The notes below the pieces were generated by a model. It was not told the origin of the DNA and did no database searches. It worked only from the letters and a program-made list of their open reading frames with translations. The translations under genes were made by a program, and so were the position numbers. This document shows, piece by piece, positions 1 through 8,831 of a DNA stretch of 64,000 nt (positions within the stretch are counted from its first letter, which is position 1; every line of letters starts with the position of its first letter). This DNA comes from a virus (lineage: Duplodnaviria; Caudoviricetes), in IMG/VR virus record IMGVR_UViG_3300028048_000038, positions 1-64,000 of that record; one strand, written 5' to 3'.

Positions 1-819
1 TAATTCAGATGTGCCATTGTTCAATATCTGTATTGTTGCACCCACCAAATCTGCGTCAGCTCCATTCTGCTGAGATAAGTTTATAATGACTGTTTCCTTT
101 AATGTAGATACACTACCTCCCCCTAGACTTGATACAACATAGTGTGTTCCATCGTATCCAAAGAGCACCGTATCACCACTTGAGATAACATCGTCCTCGA
201 TTGGTGCTCCCTTATGATAAATTGCCTTCGCACCTTGATTGTTGACATTGAGGGTTGACCCAGATGGTACATCATTTTCGAATGTGACAGACACGAATCC
301 GTTTTTAACCAACACGTAGTCAGCCAACACCACTTCCTTCGCAAGTGTCTCAGCAGATGTTGAACATACACCAACACCGTTTCCAATCGGTGCTTGGTCA
401 TCAATTATGTCTTGTTTCTCATCAACTAACGCATTGACCTCTGCCTTTGTATAGGCATCAACAGTCAATGGGTCAACTGACTCGTCAATCCAAATTTCTA
501 TGGTATCTCCAGTTGGTGTGTCTCCGCTTGTAACTTCCACTTCCTCACCCACTTGAAGATTTTCAAGCGCTTCCGTTACAGTTGTTGCACTGTTTTCCCC
601 AGTGAACCCACTACCTAGTTTCTGTTCGGTATAATACTTGTCTGATGAGAATGTAACAATGTCATCATTTGAGTTCTTAAGTGATATTGTCTCAACGTTT
701 TCAGCATAGTTAATTGCCAATTCTCCCTCAACCAAAGCAGATGATTGTGGTAGCTTTGGTTTTCCTTCTACAACGACATTGCTTTTAATGTGTTGTATAT
801 GATTAACATTTTTTGTCAT
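1..819 (-). CDS. Tail fibre/receptor-binding protein, constant N-terminal module 1 fused to a variable cassette (runs off window start)
   Basis: Not in ORF track. Hand translation from ATG at 819 is open to base 1: MTKNVNHIQHIKSN...GNGVGVCSTSAETLAKEV...FGYDGTHYVVSSLGGGSVSTLKETVIINLSQQ. Near-identical block to 2553..3929. Confidence 0.75.
   Translation of the reverse strand, partial: MTKNVNHIQHIKSNVVVEGKPKLPQSSALVEGELAINYAENVETISLKNSNDDIVTFSSDKYYTEQKLGSGFTGENSATTVTEALENLQVGEEVEVTSGDTPTGDTIEIWIDESVDPLTVDAYTKAEVNALVDEKQDIIDDQAPIGNGVGVCSTSAETLAKEVVLADYVLVKNGFVSVTFENDVPSGSTLNVNNQGAKAIYHKGAPIEDDVISSGDTVLFGYDGTHYVVSSLGGGSVSTLKETVIINLSQQNGADADLVGATIQILNNGTSEL
112..127 (-). repeat. Putative recombination site A1 (TCTAGGGGGAGGTAGT), in frame as S-L-G-G-G-S
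   Basis: One of 7 copies in alternating orientation. Confidence 0.85.
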
Positions 820-931
820 AATATTAAAATTATTATTTTTTTTAATAGAGTTTTATTTTTTACTTAGAAATATAGATTCCAAAAATTGATAAGAATATCA
901 GCGTTTTTTTAATTAAAAATCTATTTTAATA

Positions 932-940
932 ATAAATATC
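932..940 (-). promoter_or_regulatory. Putative phage late promoter (GATATTTAT)
   Basis: TATTTAT core recurs upstream of minus-strand virion-type genes at 932, 4057, 7237, 12179, 15398, 23102. Confidence 0.45.
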
Positions 941-977
941 TTTTTGTTGTTTAAAACTATGGCATTTAACATATTAA

Positions 978-1040
978 ATTGCATTTGACTTGTGCAATAA
1001 TTGTGTGCAGTATATTGCACAATTTCTGCACACAATTAAC
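978..1040. repeat. TGTGCA/TGCACA direct+inverted repeat cluster
   Basis: ttgtgcaataattgtgtgcag...ttgcacaatttctgcacacaatt; sister cluster at 4110-4160. Confidence 0.65.
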
Positions 1041-1095
1041 AATTATAAGATTGTCACCCACCCATTTATAGGGAATATGAATATTTCCCATTTTT

Positions 1096-1113
1096 GTTCT
1101 AGGGGGAGGTAGT
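1096..1113 (+). repeat. Putative recombination site A2 (GTTCTAGGGGGAGGTAGT)
   Basis: Inverted relative to A1; heads cassette 1114..1962 in the LGGGS frame. Confidence 0.85.
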
Positions 1114-1962
1114 ATGGATTTCAATGAGACTGTTAACATAAGTATTTCTCAACTAGGTGGTAATGATTCTGATTTAATAGGTGCTACTGTCACTATTACT
1201 GAACAGCCTAATGGTAATATAATTTATTCAACAACATGGAACGGCTCAACAATTTCTATTAAAATACCAACCTCAACTAATTATAAAATCTCTGTAAGTA
1301 GTATAAACGGATATATAACACCTAAATCTAAAATTTTTACATCAGGATTCCTAAATAGGAATGTAATTCTAACATATGGTATAACAACATCAAGTTATAT
1401 AATAGATAATTCTTATGTACTATATGATGCGACAACATATCAAACAGCCAAAGACGTAGGAATGGTTAGTGATAATGACGTTTTAGGTATATTGGTAAGT
1501 TCTTCTTCTTATAGGTTTATTTTAGGTAAAGAAAATCTAGGAAGTTATTGTACAGGTAATGGAGTTGGGGCTTCATCTAGTAGATTGCCAGCATTAACAG
1601 AAGCTAATGCATTGGCTGATTATGGAGGTAAAAACAACTCAAATATATTAATTGCTGAATATGGATATACTCCTACCACAATGTACGCAGCTCTAGTTTG
1701 TTTTGACTATAAATTTGCAAATGATGAAAGAGGTTATGAACCTTCATTAGGCGAATGTACTATGATATATAACGATAAAACTAGGATTAATGCGTTATTA
1801 AATGTATGTAATGAAGATGCGTTGCCTAGCGCCTTGTCATCTAGTTCTTATTATGGTAATTATGGCGCTTCATGTTCATTCTGGGCTAAAGTCATGAGTA
1901 ATGGCGCACAAGGACCAAGTTGGAGTGCTAATCCTGTATATCCTTGTTGTTCATACGAATAA
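1114..1962 (+). CDS. Silent variable tail-fibre cassette (stalk + DUF1566/C-type-lectin-like tip)
   Basis: Begins at site A2; ETVNISISQLGGNDSDLIGATVTIT stalk shared by all cassettes; tip motif GYEPSLGE...YNDKTRINALL. Confidence 0.75.
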   Translation: MDFNETVNISISQLGGNDSDLIGATVTITEQPNGNIIYSTTWNGSTISIKIPTSTNYKISVSSINGYITPKSKIFTSGFLNRNVILTYGITTSSYIIDNSYVLYDATTYQTAKDVGMVSDNDVLGILVSSSSYRFILGKENLGSYCTGNGVGASSSRLPALTEANALADYGGKNNSNILIAEYGYTPTTMYAALVCFDYKFANDERGYEPSLGECTMIYNDKTRINALLNVCNEDALPSALSSSSYYGNYGASCSFWAKVMSNGAQGPSWSANPVYPCCSYE

Positions 1963-1968
1963 CTACTT

Positions 1969-2003
1969 AGTTCTGAATGGACTAGTGCAGGAAAAACAGC
2001 AAA
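1969..2003 (+). repeat. Site B1, 35-bp perfect inverted repeat with 3142-3176
   Basis: AGTTCTGAATGGACTAGTGCAGGAAAAACAGCAAA. Confidence 0.85.
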
Positions 2004-2520
2004 CTCAATAGTCGTAATTTCAGATGCTCATTCATATAGAGTATCTGTAAAAGGTCAAAAGAATGGTATTAAAAACAACAGCAACGATACTACTAATCCA
2101 GGAATGCCAGCGATATCTGATACACGCAATTATTTTAATGGAAAGGCAGATACACAAAAGGTATTAGCATGGAATACATCATGTGGGGCTACCGACATTA
2201 ATACATATGCAGCACCTTATTGTAATAGCTATATTTTTCCAGACGGTGTAACAAGAGGCTTCTTAATGTCTAGTGGAGAGTTATGGTTTTTGTATAACAA
2301 TAAACAACAGATAGAAGCATGTCTAACTGCTTGTGGTGGCGATGCATTTGATACCACTCGTTATACTGTTACATCTACATTTACTGGAATGTGGAGTGGG
2401 TCATTCCCTTGCTTTGATGAAATGAATTGGGGAAATGGCGGTTGGTACTCGACTAATCATGCTGACACATGGTCAAACTGTAGTACGAGACCAATAGGCG
2501 AATATACTCTACAAAAATAA
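1969..2520 (+). CDS. Tip-only silent cassette (no start codon of its own)
   Basis: Frame open from 1969 (SSEWTSAGKTANSIVVIS) into ORF 2104..2520; AAPYCNSYIFPDGVTRGFLMSSGEL...RPI. Confidence 0.7.
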   Translation, partial: SSEWTSAGKTANSIVVISDAHSYRVSVKGQKNGIKNNSNDTTNPGMPAISDTRNYFNGKADTQKVLAWNTSCGATDINTYAAPYCNSYIFPDGVTRGFLMSSGELWFLYNNKQQIEACLTACGGDAFDTTRYTVTSTFTGMWSGSFPCFDEMNWGNGGWYSTNHADTWSNCSTRPIGEYTLQK

Positions 2521-2555
2521 AGGGGTGAGAAATAATCTCACTCCTTTTTGTTTTA
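2514..2555. terminator. Bidirectional intrinsic terminator
   Basis: aaaggggtgaga-aataa-tctcactccttttt between convergent cassettes. Confidence 0.75.
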
Positions 2556-3929
2556 ATAATGCGCAATAGGTCTTGCGTATGATTTAACAGAATACATTCT
2601 ATTTGCATCTTGGAACGTTCCATTACGTTGTGTTGCTGTATAAGAGTTTTGTGCTTTATTTCCAGCATTCCACCCACAAGTAGAGGTTGCAGTTCCAGCC
2701 GATGCAGTAGTATCCCAAATAGTCAATACTGTACCACCACAAACAGTTAAGCATGCATCTATAGCTTCTTTATTCACAAATATACATGCAATCTCATACA
2801 TACCACCTAAATAACCTCGTGTTACACCATCTGGAAAAATATAACTGTTACAATATCCAGCTAGATATGAAGTACTTGGTTCAATTCCAATTATAGTGTT
2901 GGTGTAACTCTCTCCGTCTTTAAGTCCATGTGAAGTATTAGCTGCATCAGTAGTAGCAACTACATATGAGAAAGTTTTTCCGTTAAATGGTGAGTCAGTA
3001 CCATTAATAGTATAAGTACCAAGGGCACTTGCTATTGCAACATTTTTATTATCATCATCTGGGTTGCAAAAATTAAGAGTTGTTGGAGATTGTGTAAGTG
3101 CTACTCTGCATTGGTATTTTTCCATAATTAGGACAACACTATTTGCTGTTTTTCCTGCACTAGTCCATTCAGAACTTCTATAAAGAGTTCCATCTGTGGC
3201 TTCAACATACGCACCAACTCCAGTATATTTGAAATTGATGCCAAGTATACGTCCAGGCTTAGATATATATTGTTGTTCTGAAGGCGTTATATATCCACTA
3301 ACTGAGCCAACTACTATTTTATAGTTTGTTACGGCTTCAATTTCATATTCAAGCGTGTCTCCTTGCCATGTGGTAGATAACAATGTGGTTGAAGTATCAA
3401 GGTCAGTTATTGTAATTGTTGCGTCTATAAGGTCTTCATTATATCCACCAATTTGTTCAAGATTTATTTCAACAATTTCACTTAAGTTAATACTACCTCC
3501 CCCTAGAGAGGATACAACATAATGAGAACCATCATAACCGAACATGACGGTATCACCACTTGAGATAACATCGTCCTCGATTGGTGCTCCCTTATGATAT
3601 ATTGGTTTCGCTCCTTGGTTATTGATATTAAGTGTAGCCCCAGATGGAACATCGTTTTCAAACGTGATTGACACAAAACCATTCTGAGTTATCTTATATC
3701 CTTCAATATCTACTTCCTTTGCTATTGTTTCAGCAGAGGTTTCACATGTCCCAACACCATTTCCCATTGATTCTGGTGTTATATCTTCAATGATTTCTGT
3801 AACTGCGCTTTGTGACATAACATCGGCACTAGACGTGCCTGTTGTTTGAACGACATTTACCTCATTGACCATTACTTGGTTGAGCAAATGCCATTCCCCA
3901 TCTTTACCTTTATATTTAATTCCAGGCAT
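2553..3929 (-). CDS. Tail fibre/receptor-binding protein, constant module 2 + currently joined cassette
   Basis: 458 aa; VVQTTGTSSADVMSQSAVT fibre motif, SSLGGGS junction, stalk, lectin-like tip. Confidence 0.8.
   Translation of the reverse strand: MPGIKYKGKDGEWHLLNQVMVNEVNVVQTTGTSSADVMSQSAVTEIIEDITPESMGNGVGTCETSAETIAKEVDIEGYKITQNGFVSITFENDVPSGATLNINNQGAKPIYHKGAPIEDDVISSGDTVMFGYDGSHYVVSSLGGGSINLSEIVEINLEQIGGYNEDLIDATITITDLDTSTTLLSTTWQGDTLEYEIEAVTNYKIVVGSVSGYITPSEQQYISKPGRILGINFKYTGVGAYVEATDGTLYRSSEWTSAGKTANSVVLIMEKYQCRVALTQSPTTLNFCNPDDDNKNVAIASALGTYTINGTDSPFNGKTFSYVVATTDAANTSHGLKDGESYTNTIIGIEPSTSYLAGYCNSYIFPDGVTRGYLGGMYEIACIFVNKEAIDACLTVCGGTVLTIWDTTASAGTATSTCGWNAGNKAQNSYTATQRNGTFQDANRMYSVKSYARPIAHY
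3142..3176 (-). repeat. Site B2 (inverted copy of B1), inside the full-length gene
   Basis: Exact reverse complement of 1969-2003. Confidence 0.85.
3492..3507 (-). repeat. Putative recombination site A3
   Basis: actacctccccctaga, in frame in 2553..3929. Confidence 0.85.
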
Positions 3930-4109
3930 AATATTTATATTTTATTTTTTAATAATTATTTATTTTCCTTTTATATGGTTATTGAACCGAATAATTGACA
4001 AGCATGTCAGCGTTATAAAGATTGTATAAATAATCCCATAATAATTATTCTTTTTTATAAATATCACGTTACTGTTATATTTTTGTTTTTTAATGGGTTA
4101 AAAGTGAAT

Positions 4110-4160
4110 AAATTGTGCAAAAATTGTGCAATGTAATGCACACAAATAATGCACAATTTT
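4110..4160. repeat. TGTGCA/TGCACA repeat cluster
   Basis: aattgtgcaaaaattgtgcaa...tgcacacaaataatgcacaatt. Confidence 0.65.
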
Positions 4161-4207
4161 CATATATAACATTGAAAAAGACCTTTTAGGAAAAGGGGAG
4201 GAGATGT

Positions 4208-5083
4208 ATGCTTGTTTCCGTTCTAGGGGGAGGTAGTACATCTAGGGGTGTTGAAACACTAGTCATTAATGTGATTACACAAGGAGATAGTTCTGAAACG
4301 TTAGGTGCTACTATTACAGTGACAAACAATGACACTAGTTCTGTTATAAGCGCAACAACATGGCAAGGGATACAGATAACGATTGAAGTGCCACAGTATT
4401 GTAATTACACTATCACATTAGGTAATGTTGCTGGTTACTCAACCCCGCAAGCACAAACATACCATTCAAGTCCTAACTTTGTAAGGAATACGGCATTTAC
4501 ATACATTGGAACTGGTGCATATATTGAGTCCACTGATGGTATACTATATACTGCCTCGAATTGGTCATCAGCAGGAAAAACAGCAAATTCTGTTGTCTTA
4601 TTAACAAGTAACAAACAATTCAGAATAGCCTTGCCACAATTTGGACCGTTTACAAGTTATGACCCAGAAAACCAATCTGTTAGACAAATTGGGTCAAACA
4701 AATCAGAAAGTTCTGTAAAAGCAGACTTCAACGGAGAGCAATATACTACAAAAATGAGAACACAAGGTTATGCTCCAATTCCAGATAATGACAGTTATGC
4801 ATTCTCAAAGGCTTGGAGATACACATTCCCAAATGGAAGAAACACAGGATTCCTTCCCTCAATGGGTTATCTGTGGCTGATGTATCAGAATAAAACCGCT
4901 ATTGCTAATTGTATGTCTGCTGCTGGAGGTTCTATTAGTGGAGTTTTGATGTCTGCAAATTTTGCGCATGCTGAAGTTGAAAATTGGGAATTCCAATGGT
5001 TATTTAATTGGGATAGCGGAGCTTCTACTATGTCTATACAAGGTACATCTCATTATTGTAAACCAATTTCAAATTATAAATAA
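4208..5083 (+). CDS. Variable tail-fibre cassette
   Basis: VLGGGS at start, stalk, AYIESTDGILYTASNWSSAGKTANSVVL, GFLPSMGYLWLMYQNK tip. Confidence 0.75.
   Translation: MLVSVLGGGSTSRGVETLVINVITQGDSSETLGATITVTNNDTSSVISATTWQGIQITIEVPQYCNYTITLGNVAGYSTPQAQTYHSSPNFVRNTAFTYIGTGAYIESTDGILYTASNWSSAGKTANSVVLLTSNKQFRIALPQFGPFTSYDPENQSVRQIGSNKSESSVKADFNGEQYTTKMRTQGYAPIPDNDSYAFSKAWRYTFPNGRNTGFLPSMGYLWLMYQNKTAIANCMSAAGGSISGVLMSANFAHAEVENWEFQWLFNWDSGASTMSIQGTSHYCKPISNYK
4220..4237 (+). repeat. Putative recombination site A4
   Basis: gttctagggggaggtagt. Confidence 0.85.
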
Positions 5084-5112
5084 GTTCTAGTTGTTGTTCT
5101 ATACTAAAAATA

Positions 5113-5150
5113 ATAAAGGGTAAGATTCAACGTCTTACCCCTTATTTTTT
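5113..5150. terminator. Bidirectional intrinsic terminator
   Basis: aaagggtaaga-ttcaacg-tcttaccccttatttttt. Confidence 0.7.
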
Positions 5151-5688
5151 AAGTTTTTAATACCTCTTCATATGGTTTCCAATCTATACTATCTTTCTTT
5201 TGCCAACCTTCATTAAGACATTTATTTATATAAGCAAAAGCTTTAGTATAAAAGTCACTAATATCTTCTAAAGTTTCAAAAGTATGATATATTGGTTCTC
5301 CGCCTTGTTCTTTACCTTCTTCATCATAAGTCTTAGGTGTTTGTCCAATCTTAAATGTTACAGGTAAAGAAGCACCATTAGTTTGAAGTGCTAAATCATA
5401 AGCAGCTTTAAAATTAAACTGATTTTCAGTAGATAACCAAACTGGAATATTATTCCAAATAAAGCCATCTATTATAGTAGAAGTTGTCCTATTATCTATA
5501 TCATCTATAATAGCATTTTTCACATCTTGAAATGAAATATAACTCTTCTGCTTCTTGTAAAAGTATAATTCATACCAAGTAGCATTTACGTCATCTCCAA
5601 CTTCTTGATAGCCATAACTAACAATCCATCTAATAGTATCCTCTTTAACAAGGATATAGTCTGATATAATTCCAAATACTTTATTCAT
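5149..5688 (-). CDS. DUF4376-like tail fibre assembly chaperone
   Basis: GFIWNNIPVWLSTENQFNFKAAYDLA...LPVTFKIG; paralog of 6617..7183; directly downstream of a fibre cassette. Confidence 0.65.
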   Translation of the reverse strand: MNKVFGIISDYILVKEDTIRWIVSYGYQEVGDDVNATWYELYFYKKQKSYISFQDVKNAIIDDIDNRTTSTIIDGFIWNNIPVWLSTENQFNFKAAYDLALQTNGASLPVTFKIGQTPKTYDEEGKEQGGEPIYHTFETLEDISDFYTKAFAYINKCLNEGWQKKDSIDWKPYEEVLKT

Positions 5689-5701
5689 AATACTTTCATT
5701 T

Positions 5702-6547
5702 TTATTTCATAATGGCACGCATTGGCAATCCAACGCATCTATCATAGTTAGCGCCAAGACCACCGCCGTTAGCATCAAAATAATACCCATTATTTGGCGT
5801 TGACGTGTAAAATGTAGCTGTCCAAACTTCTGGATATGAACCTTCTCCACTTATTTCAGAACTCATGTAATACCTGCCAGCTCTGGGGAAGAATATAAAA
5901 ACATTGCTATCAGACTTATTCTTATATTTTACACCTGACACACCGTTGATTGTCGCATTTTCTTTATTTGTATAGTTTACAAGTTCAGTAAATTCTTCAT
6001 TAGTAGGTGTTCTCCAACTTTTCCCCATATTCACTGTTGCAGCATCATAAGTGCCTGTAATATTTCCACTCAGTGATGAACCTGTTGTATTGTTATAGTT
6101 ACTCCTATCAAAACTATAACCACTTCCCTTGGCATGACCTTCTGTATTTCCCCATGAAAAATATAATCCGTAACCCTCTGGTGTTGATGCCCCAACATTA
6201 CGTGTACACCACATATTTCCACTGGGAAGCCCTAAGTCAACAACATAACCAAGATATAAGAAGTTGACAATTCTTGACACTCCAGAAACTGCTGTATAAG
6301 AACAACTGGTTTGTTCTATATAATAGTCATTGACATTTCCGACGTTTACTGTGTAATTAACTCCATCGTTTACTTGAATAGCAATAACACTACCATCCCA
6401 TGTAGTAGAAAGAATAGTTTCAGAAGTATCATCGTTTGTAACTACTACTGCTGTTCCAATCAAAGCAGAGTCACTACCGCCACTTTGTGTAAGCTGGATA
6501 GTTACAAATTCAGGCCATACAATAGTTCCGCTACCTCCCCCTAGAAC
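5702..6547 (-). CDS. Variable cassette with a different tip family (VDLGLPSG-type DUF1566/Fib_succ_major-like)
   Basis: Starts at site A5; VDLGLPSGNMWCTRNVGA...YFSWG...DAATVNMGKSWRTPT...GLPMRAI. Confidence 0.75.
   Translation of the reverse strand, partial: VLGGGSGTIVWPEFVTIQLTQSGGSDSALIGTAVVVTNDDTSETILSTTWDGSVIAIQVNDGVNYTVNVGNVNDYYIEQTSCSYTAVSGVSRIVNFLYLGYVVDLGLPSGNMWCTRNVGASTPEGYGLYFSWGNTEGHAKGSGYSFDRSNYNNTTGSSLSGNITGTYDAATVNMGKSWRTPTNEEFTELVNYTNKENATINGVSGVKYKNKSDSNVFIFFPRAGRYYMSSEISGEGSYPEVWTATFYTSTPNNGYYFDANGGGLGANYDRCVGLPMRAIMK
6531..6547 (-). repeat. Putative recombination site A5
   Basis: ctacctccccctagaac, immediately downstream of a terminator. Confidence 0.85.
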
Positions 6548-6578
6548 AAAAAAAGAGCAACCCATCATAGGTTGCTCC
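6548..6578 (-). terminator. Intrinsic terminator silencing cassette 5702..6547
   Basis: gagcaacc...ggttgctc stem with T7 tail on minus strand. Confidence 0.7.
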
Positions 6579-6616
6579 ATTATAATATTTTGGCAAAATA
6601 TCTCTTTCAAGTCATT

Positions 6617-7183
6617 TTATTCTGTATACAATGACCAATCGAATGCTTCCTTCTTCTCCCATCCGTCCTTATAGGTATCAGATATATACTTAATTGCAGA
6701 TGTATAGAAATCCTCCAATTCCTCAAAGGTCTTGAACTCATAATAGATTGGTGTTGTATCTGTTCCGAACTTGAACGTTACTGGCAAGTTCTTCCCCTCA
6801 CTCTGAACTGCAAGGTCATATTCAGCCTTATAGTTGAACTGATTCTCAGTTGACAACCATACATTCATATCATTCCACACGAAACCATTCAATATCTTCT
6901 GGTCAATCTCTGGATTATACCAATCAGAAATCAGTTTCCTCATTGCAGCTTCGGTTCTTTCACCTCTAAAATAGGTTACAAGCACGTTGCAATAATCGGT
7001 ATCCTCATATCCAATGATGATTGGATTGCCCTTATCATCGACAACAATGTTTCCATCCTTATCCTTCTCATAGATTGGGTTGGTAACGTCTTCAGTCTTA
7101 AACATCAACTTGCTTCTCTGTTCGTTGATTATCGTTACTGGCTGATAATCAGCCTTCAATATCATTTCTTTAATTATTCCCAT
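6617..7183 (-). CDS. DUF4376-like tail fibre assembly chaperone
   Basis: GFVWNDMNVWLSTENQFNYKAEYDLA; start placed at MGIIKEM (7183). Confidence 0.65.
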   Translation of the reverse strand: MGIIKEMILKADYQPVTIINEQRSKLMFKTEDVTNPIYEKDKDGNIVVDDKGNPIIIGYEDTDYCNVLVTYFRGERTEAAMRKLISDWYNPEIDQKILNGFVWNDMNVWLSTENQFNYKAEYDLAVQSEGKNLPVTFKFGTDTTPIYYEFKTFEELEDFYTSAIKYISDTYKDGWEKKEAFDWSLYTE

Positions 7184-7291
7184 AATATTATCTGTATGAT
7201 TTTTTTTATTAATTCTTATTTTTTTTAATCTTATCAATAAATATCAGATGGTAGGGAAAAATGTGTTGTTACGGCAATATAATTTTAAAAA

Positions 7292-7309
7292 GTTCTAGGG
7301 GGAGGTAGT
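7292..7309 (+). repeat. Putative recombination site A6
   Basis: gttctagggggaggtagt. Confidence 0.85.
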
Positions 7310-8167
7310 ATTGATTTAAGCGAGACTGTGAATATAACATTGACTCAAGTTAGGGGATATGATGCTGACATAATTGGGGCAACAGTGACGGTTACAGACC
7401 TTGATACTTCAACTGTGTTATTATCTACCACATGGCAAGGAAATGCCATCACGTTAGACATTGAGGCTGTTACCAACTATAAGGTTGAGGTTGGAAGCGT
7501 TGTGGGTTATATAACTCCTTCTAGCCAACAATATATATCAAAGCCTAGCAGAGAACTTAACATAACATTTCAATATGGTGCATTGGGTGTTTATATTGAA
7601 GCAATTGATGGCACATTGTACACTAGTTCTAGTTGGAGTAGTGCTAGTAAAACACCCAACTCTGTTGTTCTGCTTACGGATAATGTTAAAAGAAGAATAG
7701 CATTAGTGCAGTATCAAGCTCCTTGGTTAGATGGAGACCACACAGAATTATTTAATGTTGTTCCAGCAAGCAATGATTTGCTAGATGCATATGATAGAAA
7801 TGCCACGCTAGTTACTTGGTTTAAGAATAAAGGGTTTTATAACAGCAATTATGCTATTCCATTGGCGAATAAATATATCTTCCCAGATGGGGTAACAAAG
7901 GGATATTTACCTGGCTATCTAGAAATACAAGTTTTATATGATAATAAAACTGAAATAAACGCTTGTTTTACTGCGTTATCTTCTCAAGCTACTCCATTTA
8001 TTAATACTTCTGAAGCTTTTAAAGCAGCTTATTGGACTTGTGAAATATCTACCGCTTGGACTTTTACCGTTTGGAGATATTCTTGGTATTGTGGACATGA
8101 GGGAAACGACCTTTCTCACGAAACTGATAATATATATATTAGACCAATAGCACATTATGAGGTATAA
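7292..8167 (+). CDS. Variable tail-fibre cassette
   Basis: Frame open from A6 (VLGGGSIDLSETVNITLTQ) into ORF 7328..8167; stalk close to that of 2553..3929. Confidence 0.75.
   Translation, partial: VLGGGSIDLSETVNITLTQVRGYDADIIGATVTVTDLDTSTVLLSTTWQGNAITLDIEAVTNYKVEVGSVVGYITPSSQQYISKPSRELNITFQYGALGVYIEAIDGTLYTSSSWSSASKTPNSVVLLTDNVKRRIALVQYQAPWLDGDHTELFNVVPASNDLLDAYDRNATLVTWFKNKGFYNSNYAIPLANKYIFPDGVTKGYLPGYLEIQVLYDNKTEINACFTALSSQATPFINTSEAFKAAYWTCEISTAWTFTVWRYSWYCGHEGNDLSHETDNIYIRPIAHYEV
7627..7654 (+). repeat. Site B3, 28-bp perfect inverted repeat with 8744-8771
   Basis: TTCTAGTTGGAGTAGTGCTAGTAAAACA. Confidence 0.85.
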
Positions 8168-8171
8168 AATA

Positions 8172-8208
8172 CAAAAAGGGTAAGACAAATAATCTTACCC
8201 TTTATTTG
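8172..8208. terminator. Bidirectional intrinsic terminator
   Basis: aaaagggtaaga-caaataa-tcttaccctttattt. Confidence 0.7.
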
Positions 8209-8212
8209 TTAT

Positions 8213-8771
8213 TTAGTAATCAGTAACTGGAATCACAGTATATGCATTGTCCATATATGCAGCATAACCACTATATGTTCCTTTATTGTTTCCATAAATA
8301 GCTTCAAACGCATCCTTTCCACCAGGCGTTGATATAGAATATGTCGAAGTATAATATCTATTTGAGTGGTCCATACCTGGAGGTATTAATTCTGAAGCCC
8401 CACAAGCAATCATACATGCATTGAGAGAACTGTAATTGTTATTAATTAGAACTGCTTGTCCAGAAGACATTAAATATGGTGTCTTACCACCATAGGCAAA
8501 GGTATAAGCACGACAATATGGGGCAGCATAATTTGTGTTATTAATTCCTCTTGAAATACAATAAGTAATCAGATTATCAGTATCTTTTACGCCATTAAAA
8601 TATGTTAATGGAGAAGAAACTTTACCGCCCATGTATTGATACATTGTTCCAGCCGTAGGGCTTTCATTGCTTATTGGTAATTTAGTTTGTGTCAACGCCA
8701 TTCTGAAACTGCACTCATTTGAAATAAGAACTACTGAATTAGCTGTTTTACTAGCACTACTCCAACTAGAA
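8213..8771 (-). CDS. Tip-only silent cassette
   Basis: SSWSSASKTANSVVLIS...NYAAPYCRAYTF; begins at B4 directly after a terminator. Confidence 0.7.
8744..8771 (-). repeat. Site B4 (inverted copy of B3)
   Basis: Exact reverse complement of 7627-7654. Confidence 0.85.
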
Positions 8772-8775
8772 TTAA

Positions 8776-8815
8776 AATAAAAGGGTAAGACTTCGAATCT
8801 TACCCTTTTATTATT
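8776..8815. terminator. Intrinsic terminator (near copy of 5113-5150)
   Basis: aaaagggtaaga-cttcgaa-tcttaccctttt. Confidence 0.7.
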
Positions 8816-8831
8816 TTTAGTATAGAGCAAC

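Noticed and set aside
1101-1110. AGGGGGAGGT as a strong Shine-Dalgarno for each cassette
   Set aside because: The same sequence lies mid-gene in frame at 112 and 3492, most copies have no suitably spaced ATG, and two follow terminators. It is better explained as a recombination site.
5702-6610. Start at 6610 for the 302-aa ORF
   Set aside because: The extension crosses a terminator, and homology to the other cassettes begins at site A5.
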